60,532 nucleotides of DNA from a virus (lineage: Duplodnaviria > Caudoviricetes), in IMG/VR virus record IMGVR_UViG_3300037440_000200, positions 1 to 60,532 of that record; one strand, 5' to 3'. The first letter of the stretch is position 1; the number at the start of each line of letters is the position of its first letter. Positions 47,835 through 57,119 of this stretch are shown one piece after another. A model generated the notes under the pieces. That model was not told the DNA's origin, did no database searches, and saw nothing but the letters and a program-made list of their open reading frames with translations. Both the position numbers and the translations under genes were made by a program.

Positions 47835-49267
47835 GCGGCCAGCCTGTCAAAATCGACGCTGACGCCAAGCATCACGCGCTCAACCGGCGCGGAGATGCGG
47901 AACCTGTACATGCGGCCCTTCTGGCCAGTGCGGCCCATGCGGCGGATTGGTTTGATGCGGCGATATTGGGCCGTCGCGTGAAGATCGCGTTCGCGCTCCG
48001 TTATCCAGCTATAGCCTCCGTCATCGCTCCACGAGACGAGGAGCTTGGGATCACTTGCATGCGTGTCCGTCGAGTTCAGCCCAACGCCGGTTGCTGCATC
48101 GATGTAAAGACCGTTGAATTTCAGGCGATAGGGGAAGGCATGAACCGGCGGCGTGATGATCTCGGAGACAAGGTGATTGCCCGCTTCGGTAAACACGGTA
48201 TTGCTGAGCGTGTAGAGCTGGCCTGTGCTATAGTCTCCGGCAATGATCTTGTTGCCGAACTTGAACACGGTGCTGACCCGCCAGCGGTCGAGTTCGTAGC
48301 TTTCGCGCGTGTGCCAGTGGCCGGTCTTGCTGTCGAATACCCGGGTCCATGAACTGCAGGTCAGGCAGTAGAAGAACCGCCCGGCGCGTGCCCATGAGAA
48401 ACCCTTGAGCTGATCGGCGTTCCCGGCTTCGTCGAGATCCTTGATCATCTCCTCGATTTCATTCGTCGAGATGACTTCGCCGGAATAGCCGCTCATGGCG
48501 CGGACGGTGTGATCTGGCGCAACCCAGATGATCGTCTTGCGGGATGGCGTGTCGACCTTTGCGACGCTATCCCCGGCAAGGCAGCCAAGCTCCAGCGCAT
48601 GAACGCGCTCAAACGGGAAATCCGGATCGCCGGTGTTCTGGTGCCATTCGATCGAGGTTTCCTTGAAGAACACAGCTTCACGTTCGAGGGTCATTGAGCG
48701 AAGGGTTTCGTCCGGGTATGCTTCCAGAGTGCCTTCATCAAGTCCGTCGATCGTGGTAAAATTATCAATTCCGGTCAGGAAATACGTCGCCCCGACTACC
48801 GGGATGACGCCATAGCCGTCCAGCACCGATATCGAGATCGGTGACGGCAGGTCAGGATCGCTGATCTCGGTCACGGAGTTGGCGAGCGTGTCAATGACGT
48901 AATACAGGCCGTCCGACACCACGCCGATCTGCGCGGGACTGCGACGGTTGCGCTCCATGTAGACAGGACCGTCCGTCGCGATGCCGCCGATCAGCGTTCC
49001 GACGCCGCTCGGGTTTACGGCATAGACGTTGCGGCCAACGACGACATAGGCTGCTGTCGTGCCTATAGCTATCCCAGCACGAACGCCCCCGCCACTGAGC
49101 GCAGAACCGAACGCGGTCAATCCCTCGGTGGAATAAATCGCCCAGACTGTTTTGCCATCTTGTGAAATTTCTTCAGCGAAGCAGTTCACAAGTTGGCAAT
49201 TTCCAGCCTGAGGATTTCTGGCCGGGTTTGTGCGCAAGCCGAGTGAAATCGAGGTCGGTTCTCCCAT
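47831..49267 (-). CDS. Packaged-DNA stabilisation / tail hub protein (P22 gp10-like)
   Basis: Beta-rich 478 aa; LLVSWSDDGGYSW..RRMG..RMYRFRISAPV. Confidence 0.8.
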   Translation of the reverse strand: MGEPTSISLGLRTNPARNPQAGNCQLVNCFAEEISQDGKTVWAIYSTEGLTAFGSALSGGGVRAGIAIGTTAAYVVVGRNVYAVNPSGVGTLIGGIATDGPVYMERNRRSPAQIGVVSDGLYYVIDTLANSVTEISDPDLPSPISISVLDGYGVIPVVGATYFLTGIDNFTTIDGLDEGTLEAYPDETLRSMTLEREAVFFKETSIEWHQNTGDPDFPFERVHALELGCLAGDSVAKVDTPSRKTIIWVAPDHTVRAMSGYSGEVISTNEIEEMIKDLDEAGNADQLKGFSWARAGRFFYCLTCSSWTRVFDSKTGHWHTRESYELDRWRVSTVFKFGNKIIAGDYSTGQLYTLSNTVFTEAGNHLVSEIITPPVHAFPYRLKFNGLYIDAATGVGLNSTDTHASDPKLLVSWSDDGGYSWITERERDLHATAQYRRIKPIRRMGRTGQKGRMYRFRISAPVERVMLGVSVDFDRLAA

Positions 49268-49638
49268 CAGAAGTAAGTCCCCGGAGCACTGAGACCGGAC
49301 GATTCCCGCGCGGTCAGCCGCCGCAGCATGTTCCAGCCTTTCTTGCCCATTGAAACCTGCATTCCGGTCTCCACATCGATCTCCACGGGCGCGGGATCGC
49401 CGAATGACGGCCCGACCATATCCGCTATGATCCGGACGATGGCAAGAAAGGCTTCGTTCGGGATGGTGTCCTCCGACCAGTAGACGATTTCGCGTTCCTG
49501 CATCTGCGCATAGGCGAACCAGTCGGAATAAATTCTCTTGATATGAGCGTCATCCGCTGAATCCGGCGTCTCATCCTGGGAGATCCAGTTCGGCAGCCGC
49601 ATGACTTCGGTTGCAAGTTCCGTCGTGGTTCTCGACAT
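49267..49638 (-). CDS. Head-tail adaptor (P22 gp4-like)
   Basis: Helical 123 aa ending YF; directly upstream of gp10-like gene. Confidence 0.6.
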   Translation of the reverse strand: MSRTTTELATEVMRLPNWISQDETPDSADDAHIKRIYSDWFAYAQMQEREIVYWSEDTIPNEAFLAIVRIIADMVGPSFGDPAPVEIDVETGMQVSMGKKGWNMLRRLTARESSGLSAPGTYF

Positions 49639-49967
49639 CAGCAATAATCCGTAAATGGATCGTCAAAGAAGGCTGACTTTCTGACGATGAAATTGCCCTC
49701 AAGCGCGATCACCTTGCCGGTTCCTGTGGTTTTCCAACGGAAATGCCAACGCCCCGCTTCATCAGGGACGACATCCGCGGTATAGTTCCCCGTTGATGCC
49801 TTCTGCACTTCGCTGTCGGTGCCGTAGACGTATGCCGTCTCACTGCCGGAAGGCGAGAATATGCTGAAAGTCACCGTGTCCGGATCGATTGCGGTTCCAT
49901 CGCTATCGGTGAATGCGGCCGTAAGCCGAAGCTCCGTTTCGACATAGATTATTCCAGGTTCAAGCAT
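49638..49967 (-). CDS. Small beta-rich virion protein
   Basis: FTDSDGTAIDP..STGNYTAD..AGRWHFRW. Confidence 0.55.
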   Translation of the reverse strand: MLEPGIIYVETELRLTAAFTDSDGTAIDPDTVTFSIFSPSGSETAYVYGTDSEVQKASTGNYTADVVPDEAGRWHFRWKTTGTGKVIALEGNFIVRKSAFFDDPFTDYC

Positions 49968-50386
49968 CAGTTTCCATATGCCCTTCTACCGCCGCCCGTC
50001 GTGCCTCCGGCGCGCACGCCTCCACCGGTCGAGCCGGCCGATCTGTTGCCGCCCCCAGCGACGCCAGCGGCTCGCACAGCGCCGCCAAATGACCCATCCG
50101 CCCGCGTTGCACCGCTCGTAACGCCTCTAATGCGTCCCCTGATGACCTTGAGTGCCGTAGCGCTGAGCGTATCAGCAGCTTCGGTGATAACCGCAACGCC
50201 GAATATCTGGAGAGCGGCTGTTGCGGAGAGAGTATCGGCCGCTTCCGTGATAGCCGCTGCGCCAACAATCGGCAGGACAGCAGTCGAGGCAAGCGTATCT
50301 GCCGCCTCGGTGATGTCTGCCGATGCAATGCGCCCGGTAATGTCATCTGCAAGAGGAAGCGCTGCGAGAGGGGCAAAGCCGAGCAC
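49967..50386 (-). CDS. Virion-associated protein with ITEAADTL repeats and Gly/Arg-rich tail
   Basis: MLGFAPLAALPLADD start; three 20-aa repeats. Confidence 0.55.
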   Translation of the reverse strand: MLGFAPLAALPLADDITGRIASADITEAADTLASTAVLPIVGAAAITEAADTLSATAALQIFGVAVITEAADTLSATALKVIRGRIRGVTSGATRADGSFGGAVRAAGVAGGGNRSAGSTGGGVRAGGTTGGGRRAYGN

Positions 50387-50392
50387 TTATGA

Positions 50393-50800
50393 TCAACCGT
50401 TGTTATCGGCAATGCTGAATGTACTAACAGTAAATTGCTGGCCAGACGCGAAAACAGCGTTATCAACTTCCATGTCTGCGCCGCTGCCGGTCGCACCGAC
50501 CGTGCCTTGCATGTGGCAGGTCGTATCACCTGAATCGTAAATGCGAAAATGCCCAGCCGTTCCCGCTGCATCCGCTGATGCATCCTGCCATGTGCCGGAT
50601 TTGGCCTTCGATCCGCCTGATGCAGCCGCCATCCAGTCTGATGGCAGTGTGAGCGTTGCCAGCACGGTCCCGCTGTCAGCCGTTGCGCAGTCCGCAGGGG
50701 GCGTGCTGGTGCGAATGCGCATGATCGGCGCGGTGCTGATCGTGGTTTCGATGGAATCGAGCTTTGCGTTTCTGAGGCTTGTGGAATACTGTATCGCCAT
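50393..50800 (-). CDS. Conserved structural protein
   Basis: RNAKLDSI..LATLTLPSDW..GTAGHFRI..QGTVGATGSGAD. Confidence 0.65.
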   Translation of the reverse strand: MAIQYSTSLRNAKLDSIETTISTAPIMRIRTSTPPADCATADSGTVLATLTLPSDWMAAASGGSKAKSGTWQDASADAAGTAGHFRIYDSGDTTCHMQGTVGATGSGADMEVDNAVFASGQQFTVSTFSIADNNG

Positions 50801-50804
50801 CGGC

Positions 50805-50996
50805 TCAATCCTCTTTCATGAGCCGGTCGACGGCATCCTTGACGCCAGCCTTGCCAAGCTGCTCTTCGAAGGCTTTCAGCCCATCATAGCGCTTGACTGT
50901 CGCGCGGATCATGGTCTTGCAGTTCTCGATGACCTTGATCCGAGCCGCGATCGAGGCCGCGGCCTGATCGGGGACCAGGCGAAGCTCATTCGCCAT
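50805..50996 (-). CDS. Hypothetical protein
   Basis: Coupled to flanking genes. Confidence 0.5.
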   Translation of the reverse strand: MANELRLVPDQAAASIAARIKVIENCKTMIRATVKRYDGLKAFEEQLGKAGVKDAVDRLMKED

Positions 50997-51297
50997 TTTC
51001 AGCGTCCTTGATGGCGGCGGCGATCTTGTCGGCATTCCATCGCTTGTCGATCTTGACGCCCTTGGCTTCTGCCTCGGCGATCAATGCATTCTTGTCAGGC
51101 TCGGCATTCAGAAGACGATTGCGCGGCTCTTCCGGCTCCGGCTTGCGGTCTTTCACTTCCTCAAAAAACCGGTTGCCTTGCGCCTTGCCGACGCACCGGG
51201 CAGGAACCTCCAGTTCAGCGCCTGGCGTGAACATGACGCCGTAGCACTCAACGCTCTGCTTGCCCTCCGGGTAGTCACCAATGTAACGGAATTTCAT
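50986..51297 (-). CDS. Small head-associated protein with HeH/LEM-like tail
   Basis: [25 protein letters not shown]. Confidence 0.6.
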   Translation of the reverse strand: MKFRYIGDYPEGKQSVECYGVMFTPGAELEVPARCVGKAQGNRFFEEVKDRKPEPEEPRNRLLNAEPDKNALIAEAEAKGVKIDKRWNADKIAAAIKDAENGE

Positions 51298-52240
51298 CGT
51301 TTTCCATCTCTCTGGAGTTGAAATATTCGATCGTGGCTTTCAGCCCGTCGTCAAGTGATGTCACCGGCTCCCAGCCGAGCAGGAGCTTTGCTCTCGTGAT
51401 GTCAGGGCGTCGACGAAGAGGATCGTCTGCCGGCAGGTCGCGGAAGCTGATTTTCAACCCGGCTCCGGTCATCTCCGTCACCTTCTCGGCAAGCTCGCGC
51501 ACGGTGATCTCCTGCGGGTTGCCCAGATTGACCGGCCCCGTTACGCTATCGACGCTCTCCATCAACCTGATCAGACCTGACACCAGATCATCGACATAGC
51601 AGAATGACCGCGTCTGGCTGCCGTCACCATAGAGCGTGATGTCTTCGCCGCGTAGCGCTTGCGTGATGAAGTTTGACACCACACGCCCGTCTTCCGGGTG
51701 CATGTTCGGGCCGTAAGTGTTGAAGATCCGCGCGACCTTGATCCTCACACCGTGTTGGCGATGGTAGTCGAAGAACAGCGTCTCGGCGCAGCGCTTGCCT
51801 TCATCGTAGCAGGCGCGTGGCCCGATCGGATTGACGTTGCCGCAATAGGTCTCAATCTGCGGATGGACAAGCGGATCGCCGTAAACCTCGGAAGTCGAAG
51901 CCTGCAGGATCTTCGCATTGCATCGCTTGGCCAGATCCAGCATGTTGATTGCACCGATGACGCTGGTCCTGGTCGTCTGCACCGGATCATATTGATAATG
52001 GATCGGCGATGCAGGACATGCGAGATTATAGATTTCATCCACTTCGGCGTGGAGCGGGGTGATGATATCATGCCGCCTGAGTTCGAAGTTCCTGTTGCCT
52101 AGCAGCGGCAGAACATTCCGGCGCGCGCCGGTAAAGAAGTTATCGATGCAGAGAACTTCATTACCCTGCTCGATGAGCGACTTGCACAGGTGAGAACCGA
52201 CGAACCCGGCCCCGCCAGTCACCAGAATTCGTTTAGCCAA
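51275..52240 (-). CDS. uxs: UDP-glucuronate decarboxylase (UDP-xylose synthase), extended SDR
   Basis: [61 protein letters not shown]. Confidence 0.93.
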   Translation of the reverse strand: MAKRILVTGGAGFVGSHLCKSLIEQGNEVLCIDNFFTGARRNVLPLLGNRNFELRRHDIITPLHAEVDEIYNLACPASPIHYQYDPVQTTRTSVIGAINMLDLAKRCNAKILQASTSEVYGDPLVHPQIETYCGNVNPIGPRACYDEGKRCAETLFFDYHRQHGVRIKVARIFNTYGPNMHPEDGRVVSNFITQALRGEDITLYGDGSQTRSFCYVDDLVSGLIRLMESVDSVTGPVNLGNPQEITVRELAEKVTEMTGAGLKISFRDLPADDPLRRRPDITRAKLLLGWEPVTSLDDGLKATIEYFNSREMENDEIPLHW

Positions 52241-52772
52241 TTGAACACCGCGAAGGCTTGACGGCTTTCAAGCCGTAGTGAAAGCTTAAGCCTTCATCGA
52301 CATGACTGTGAACGACATCAAAATCTGCCTTGTACAGATATCGGTAATCGGACATTGGTGTCTTGCCGATCTGTTTGTCATATTGCGTCTGGACAAGAAA
52401 TGTGAGTAACCCAAGCCCAATTACGCGCGTGTGCCCTGGGTCCATCCATGCCCATTTGCTCGACCAATGCGGCGATGTTGCCATGATGAAGCCACCGGGC
52501 TTCAGAATGCGCCACCATTCCGACCATTCCGCAAAGAATGACTGGTAATCGCCCTGCTGGCCGAGATGCTCCAGCACTTCGAAAGCCCTGATGCTATCGA
52601 ATGTGTCATCATCGAAAGGGAGCGGCCTGATATTGAGATCCCAGACCACATCGGGTTTATGGTCCGGGTTGATATCGAGCGTGGTGAGATCGCCCCAGGC
52701 TTCGCTCTCGCCCGGCGCCAGCATTGTCTTATCCCGGCGTGCGCCGCACCCGATCAGAAGCTCACGCAGCAT
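52233..52772 (-). CDS. Class I SAM-dependent methyltransferase
   Basis: [41 protein letters not shown]. Confidence 0.88.
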   Translation of the reverse strand: MLRELLIGCGARRDKTMLAPGESEAWGDLTTLDINPDHKPDVVWDLNIRPLPFDDDTFDSIRAFEVLEHLGQQGDYQSFFAEWSEWWRILKPGGFIMATSPHWSSKWAWMDPGHTRVIGLGLLTFLVQTQYDKQIGKTPMSDYRYLYKADFDVVHSHVDEGLSFHYGLKAVKPSRCSIG

Positions 52773-53883
52773 GCAGTTTTTCCCATTCCCGCGCTCTGAC
52801 GGACCATGTATGATGCGTGTTCATATGTTGAACCTGATCATAGAGGCCGGCCGTGGTGTAGGTCGATTGCATGAGCGCACGCTGGAAATCGGATGCATAT
52901 TGAGCACCATTTTTCACATCGATCAAGGTTGCCTCGTCGTCGATCTCTATGTCGATCGGCACAAGCCTGGCAAAGCCTTCGCAGGTTTCCGGCAACGCCC
53001 CTAGATCGCTGGTTACAACGCGCATTCCGCATGCCAGCGCCTCCATGACGGCAATGCAACTCGTCTCCGGGAAGGCGTTCGGGTAAGCGAGAATATGCGC
53101 GCCGCGAAGCCGCTTCGCCAGTTCCGGCTGCGGCAGCGAGCCGACGAGTTCAGCCCCATCCGTTGCAGAGACGGCGTCATAGATACAGCCGAATTTGTCC
53201 CGGTCAGTCTCCGCGTCCTCCATGTAGACCGCCATGCTGGAAAAGACCTCAAGCACGCCGTCAGGATTTGCGGCATGATAGGCTCTGAAGATATCGGGAA
53301 GCAGCTTCAGGCCGCGATATGGCGTGCTCGTATAGGCGAGGCGCAGCACATCGCCGGACTTTGCCGCGACCAGATCAGCATGAGACGCAAACAGGCTTTC
53401 AAACGCCGGCGCAATCGCATTGCGGATGACGCAAACGCGCTCCGGGTTGATATCGAAGCTTTCAATCACAGCGCTGCGCTGCCAATCCGATACGCATACG
53501 ATGCTGTCCCATACATCCCGGTCCGCAGGAGATGCAAGCCGCCGCCGCATGACCGGCTGGTTTGCCGCATGCTGCGTCCACAGGAGCAGCTTTGCGGATG
53601 AGGGCAGGATTGATCTGAGATCAACGCCGTGGCCAGGAGCATTCAGGGCGACCATGACATCAATGTGGACGGAATAACGCGACGGAATAGAACCGGAGCA
53701 CGTCACGCCCATGACTTCGCGGTCAGGCTTTGTTGTCTTTGTGACAACGGTTACGTCATGCCCTGCCTTGGCCAGCTCGACTGCAAGATAGCACATTGCC
53801 GACTGCGATCCGCCGAGCGGCCGCGCAGTTGGCGTTGCCACATCATAATCCCACGGCGCGAAGTCAATGAAGCAGATCCGCAT
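52762..53883 (-). CDS. Glycosyltransferase, GT-B fold (GT4-like)
   Basis: LGGSQSA..LA.ELAKAGHDVTV, VCVSDWQR, YTSTPYRGL, ETSCIAVMEALACG..VTSDLGALPE. Confidence 0.9.
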   Translation of the reverse strand: MRICFIDFAPWDYDVATPTARPLGGSQSAMCYLAVELAKAGHDVTVVTKTTKPDREVMGVTCSGSIPSRYSVHIDVMVALNAPGHGVDLRSILPSSAKLLLWTQHAANQPVMRRRLASPADRDVWDSIVCVSDWQRSAVIESFDINPERVCVIRNAIAPAFESLFASHADLVAAKSGDVLRLAYTSTPYRGLKLLPDIFRAYHAANPDGVLEVFSSMAVYMEDAETDRDKFGCIYDAVSATDGAELVGSLPQPELAKRLRGAHILAYPNAFPETSCIAVMEALACGMRVVTSDLGALPETCEGFARLVPIDIEIDDEATLIDVKNGAQYASDFQRALMQSTYTTAGLYDQVQHMNTHHTWSVRAREWEKLHAA

Positions 53884-54578
53884 CAGTCGGCGGCCTGCTG
53901 GGCAAAATTGCCGAACCAGACATTGCGGCCAGCATGGATAAGCTGGATTTTCGGGTCGAGCCAGATCTGGAACCCCAGCCGTTTGGCGAGAACCGAGAAT
54001 GAATAATCTTCACCCCACCACATGTCCTTGCCAATAGCGTTCTTCGGGAAACCTTCGAGAATTCCGGTGGGGAACAGGTCAACGATATCGTGTCCCTCGC
54101 CATCCTTGTGATGAAAAACGCGATCGGCATACTTTTCGTACATGGCCTCGATCACATTCCGCTTGATAAGCAGGAAGCCGGTTGCGACCATATCGCTCTC
54201 AATCAGGCCCTCTTCATCCGGGATGCCGTTTGCCAGGGCGATCGGCCACGCTTTCTCGGGAGGCGAGCCGGCCGGAACCTTCTTCGGGTAGGCTCCCACG
54301 ATGATGTCCCGGTCATAGTTCAAAAGCCTGCGCAGAGCGCCGGGCGGCCCCGCAACATCGTCATCCCAAAAGAAAAGATGCGTGCATTCCGACTGCATGA
54401 ACTGATGCGTCATCAGGCTGCGGACGAGCGCGATGTAGCAATTGCCGTGAATGCTGTGAAAACTGTACTCGATGCCGTGTTCGCGCAGATCCTGCATTGT
54501 GCCGTTCAGACTTGCGACACAATCGATATCTGGTGCTCCGCGCCCGGACGGCATGGCAATGAAAACTCGCTTGGTCAT
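53883..54578 (-). CDS. Glycosyltransferase, GT-A fold (GT2-like)
   Basis: VFIAMP, THLFFWDDDV (DxD), GAYPKK, ATGFLLIKR, GEDYSF, IWLDP..L.HAG. Confidence 0.8.
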   Translation of the reverse strand: MTKRVFIAMPSGRGAPDIDCVASLNGTMQDLREHGIEYSFHSIHGNCYIALVRSLMTHQFMQSECTHLFFWDDDVAGPPGALRRLLNYDRDIIVGAYPKKVPAGSPPEKAWPIALANGIPDEEGLIESDMVATGFLLIKRNVIEAMYEKYADRVFHHKDGEGHDIVDLFPTGILEGFPKNAIGKDMWWGEDYSFSVLAKRLGFQIWLDPKIQLIHAGRNVWFGNFAQQAAD

Positions 54579-54676
54579 CGTTCCTCTACATGTTCATGTT
54601 GGACATGAACGTCACAATAAACTAATTCGCATACGAATAAAGTATTGCGCTGGCCATATACACAGCCCGCGCAAGA

Positions 54677-54919
54677 TCAATTATTATAGAGCGCAATAAG
54701 GCCGGCGGCAGCAGCGCCAGTTTCGACCATAGTGATCTGGATATGATTGTCACCTGGCACAAAGTGATACAGGCTCGTGGAGCCATCAAGCCAGGTGACC
54801 GTCAATTCGTCTGCCGTCGTACAATTGACGGCAGTGCAGGGGTCGAAAGCAGTGTTGTCTACTATCGCTATGCCCTTCGTGGACGAATTCGTGTTTCTGT
54901 TGACAGGATGTTGGGCCAT
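54677..54919 (-). CDS. Small structural / spike-base-like protein
   Basis: 80 aa beta-rich, ends GLIALY; follows decoration genes. Confidence 0.45.
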   Translation of the reverse strand: MAQHPVNRNTNSSTKGIAIVDNTAFDPCTAVNCTTADELTVTWLDGSTSLYHFVPGDNHIQITMVETGAAAAGLIALYNN

Positions 54920-54985
54920 TTGTTTTCACACTTCGTGATTGGAGAGGACGGGCAAGCTGGGAGGAGCCGAAGCTCCTCCCTTTTC

Positions 54986-55453
54986 TTACGATATCGTGAT
55001 CGGCGTCTCGCCGGTTGCCACGTTGGTCTCGCCATCACTGTCGATGATGTAGCTGAGGCCAAACACCAGCGTACCGGCAGCCGCAGTCTCGGCCGTGGTG
55101 GCCACGGTCATCTTGATGCGGGTTGCCGATGCAAATTTGGTGTAGCGCGCCGTCGTTGTCATCGCAGACGAGCCGGCCGCCTGGCCGGTGGTCGTGTTCG
55201 CGAAAAACAGGTTCGTGGTCGTTGCGTCACCAATATTGTACGCCAGTGAAGTGCCGCTATCGATGGCATCTGCCTTGACAAAACCATCGACGATGATAGC
55301 GGCTTCCGGAACATAAAGCAGCCAAGTGATGTCACCCGTCTGCAATGCGGTTGTCGGGAGTTCGACGGAGACGATGTTGTGAACAACATCCTGCTCCCAT
55401 GTCGAAGATCCGCGGTAGGAGTTTGACCCCTTGATGGTGGTAAACTCTCCCAT
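54986..55453 (-). CDS. Capsid decoration protein, paralogue 2
   Basis: 155 aa Thr-rich; closely similar to 55456..55923. Confidence 0.65.
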   Translation of the reverse strand: MGEFTTIKGSNSYRGSSTWEQDVVHNIVSVELPTTALQTGDITWLLYVPEAAIIVDGFVKADAIDSGTSLAYNIGDATTTNLFFANTTTGQAAGSSAMTTTARYTKFASATRIKMTVATTAETAAAGTLVFGLSYIIDSDGETNVATGETPITIS

Positions 55454-55455
55454 GG

Positions 55456-55923
55456 CTACGCCGTGACCGTGATCAACGATGCGCCGGTCGTGACATTGAT
55501 TTCCGGATCAACGAAGTAGCTGAGACCGAAGATCAAGGTTCCCGCGGCCGCCGTTTCCGCCGTTGTCGCCACGGTCATCTTCAGACGCGTCGCACTCGCG
55601 AACTTCGTATAACGAGCGGTAGTCGTCATTGCAGATGAACCAGCCGACTGTCCCGTCGTGGTGTTCGCAAAGAACAGGTTGGTGGTCGTCGCATCGCCGA
55701 TGTTGTAGGCAATCGAGGTGCCGGTATCGATCTCATCTGCCTTAACGTAGCCATCGACGACGACGGCCCCGGCCGGAACATACATCAGCCATGTAATGTC
55801 TGAAGTCTGCATGGCCGTGGTCGGCAGCTCCACGATGGCAACATCGTGGATCAGTTCGCGGGTCCAGCCAGGTCCGGTATTGTTGTACGGGCTGGCTGCC
55901 CTACGTGTGGTGAATTCACCCAT
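55456..55923 (-). CDS. Capsid decoration protein, paralogue 1
   Basis: 155 aa Thr-rich; directly downstream of major capsid gene. Confidence 0.65.
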   Translation of the reverse strand: MGEFTTRRAASPYNNTGPGWTRELIHDVAIVELPTTAMQTSDITWLMYVPAGAVVVDGYVKADEIDTGTSIAYNIGDATTTNLFFANTTTGQSAGSSAMTTTARYTKFASATRLKMTVATTAETAAAGTLIFGLSYFVDPEINVTTGASLITVTA

Positions 55924-55936
55924 TGCTCATCTCTCC

Positions 55937-57115
55937 TTAAGCCGAAGCCACGCCGGAGACGAAGCCGGTCACGATACCATTATCGTACTGTGTGCCGGTA
56001 ACGCCGTCCTTACGCATGATCTTGTTCGCTCCGCACATTTCGGAGATGCCGATGCCAGTAAACTGGCCATAGTCATCTTCCTTCTTGGCGCGGAATTCAG
56101 GCATGTTGCCCCAGCCGATGCTGACCGACTGACAGCCGCACAGGAACACCGGAGCCACGTCGATGCTTGATGCACCGACCCCTTCCAGAACCGGAATTTC
56201 CGGGATTTCGCGAACGATCACGCCATCCCAGATCAGATCTCCATCCTGGAAGATCGGGTTCTTGTCCATGCCGCCGGCTTCACGGGCGCGAGCCTCGCGA
56301 TTGGCCTGGCGAATGGCCGAATCCGTCTTGAAGTCACGGAACGCACGGTTACCGGCAAACAATACGAAGTACTCACGACCATTTTCGGAATACTCATCGA
56401 CGACCGGACGAATGGCGGGCGTGCCATTGGTCTTGGCGTTGGTCGTGGTATCCTTGGCGATCTCCTTCATCAGGGAGACGACGTTGGCAGTCAGCTTATC
56501 AGCAGAGCCGTCAACATTGCCGAGGCCGGTTGCGAATGTCGCGCTGTAGTTGCTCTTGGCCGCACCAAACAGGATGCGGTCGGAGTTGGCCGCACACCAT
56601 GTATTGTTCTGAGCGCTGGTCGATGCAGCATTCTCAGGACTGTTGAGCGGCGCGTAGAACGTCGAGCATTGCGGCGCGCTGGATGAGGAATAGGCAACCG
56701 TGCCAAGCGCATCGATGATACGATCACGCAAGAGCTGGCGGGACCATTCCTGCAGAAGCGGGCGAACGGCTTCGCGAGAATTCGAGAAGTCATAGTGTTC
56801 GTCCTGCTCGGACAGCTCGACACCGTTACGGGCGATCTGCACCGCAACGCTGTGGCTGTGCTTGCCTAGCGCTTCTTCCTGACCGGAGAGCCGCGTATTA
56901 CCGCGGACGCCGCTCCCGCGCAATGCGGAAACCAACGGAATCGTCAGTGATTTTCCGCTTGCCGTCATTTCGTAGGCGGTGTGGATGATGGACTTGATGC
57001 CCTCATTCCCCCCGCCCATATAGGGCATAAAGCCGGACTGGCGCACATATTCGCGCCAGTATTCCCGCCGATACCTGATCTCAATCAGGTCGGTCGGGGT
57101 CGTGGTCGTAGCCAT
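55937..57115 (-). CDS. Major capsid protein (DUF4043/N4-gp56-like)
   Basis: G.SLTIPLVSALRGSGVRGNTRLSGQEEAL, NPIFQDG..WDGVIVRE, FLCGCQ, EDDYG..GIGI; follows scaffold. Confidence 0.85.
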   Translation of the reverse strand: MATTTTPTDLIEIRYRREYWREYVRQSGFMPYMGGGNEGIKSIIHTAYEMTASGKSLTIPLVSALRGSGVRGNTRLSGQEEALGKHSHSVAVQIARNGVELSEQDEHYDFSNSREAVRPLLQEWSRQLLRDRIIDALGTVAYSSSSAPQCSTFYAPLNSPENAASTSAQNNTWCAANSDRILFGAAKSNYSATFATGLGNVDGSADKLTANVVSLMKEIAKDTTTNAKTNGTPAIRPVVDEYSENGREYFVLFAGNRAFRDFKTDSAIRQANREARAREAGGMDKNPIFQDGDLIWDGVIVREIPEIPVLEGVGASSIDVAPVFLCGCQSVSIGWGNMPEFRAKKEDDYGQFTGIGISEMCGANKIMRKDGVTGTQYDNGIVTGFVSGVASA

Positions 57116-57119
57116 TGAA

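Noticed and set aside
49960-50808. 282-aa minus-strand ORF and other long shadow ORFs (e.g. 16206..16880, 36495..37202, 30300..30620)
   Set aside because: They overlap well-supported genes or the tRNA in other frames and lack recognisable motifs; typical of GC-rich DNA
51275-54578. Gtr-type O-antigen conversion or DNA hypermodification locus
   Set aside because: No flippase or membrane GT, no base-hydroxymethylase or own DNA polymerase, and it lies in the head operon; disfavoured rather than excluded
54580-54610. Alphaproteobacterial LexA box ahead of the glycosylation cassette
   Set aside because: GTTC spacing is N8; only a short inverted repeat (GTTCATGT-TGG-ACATGAAC) of unknown role remains
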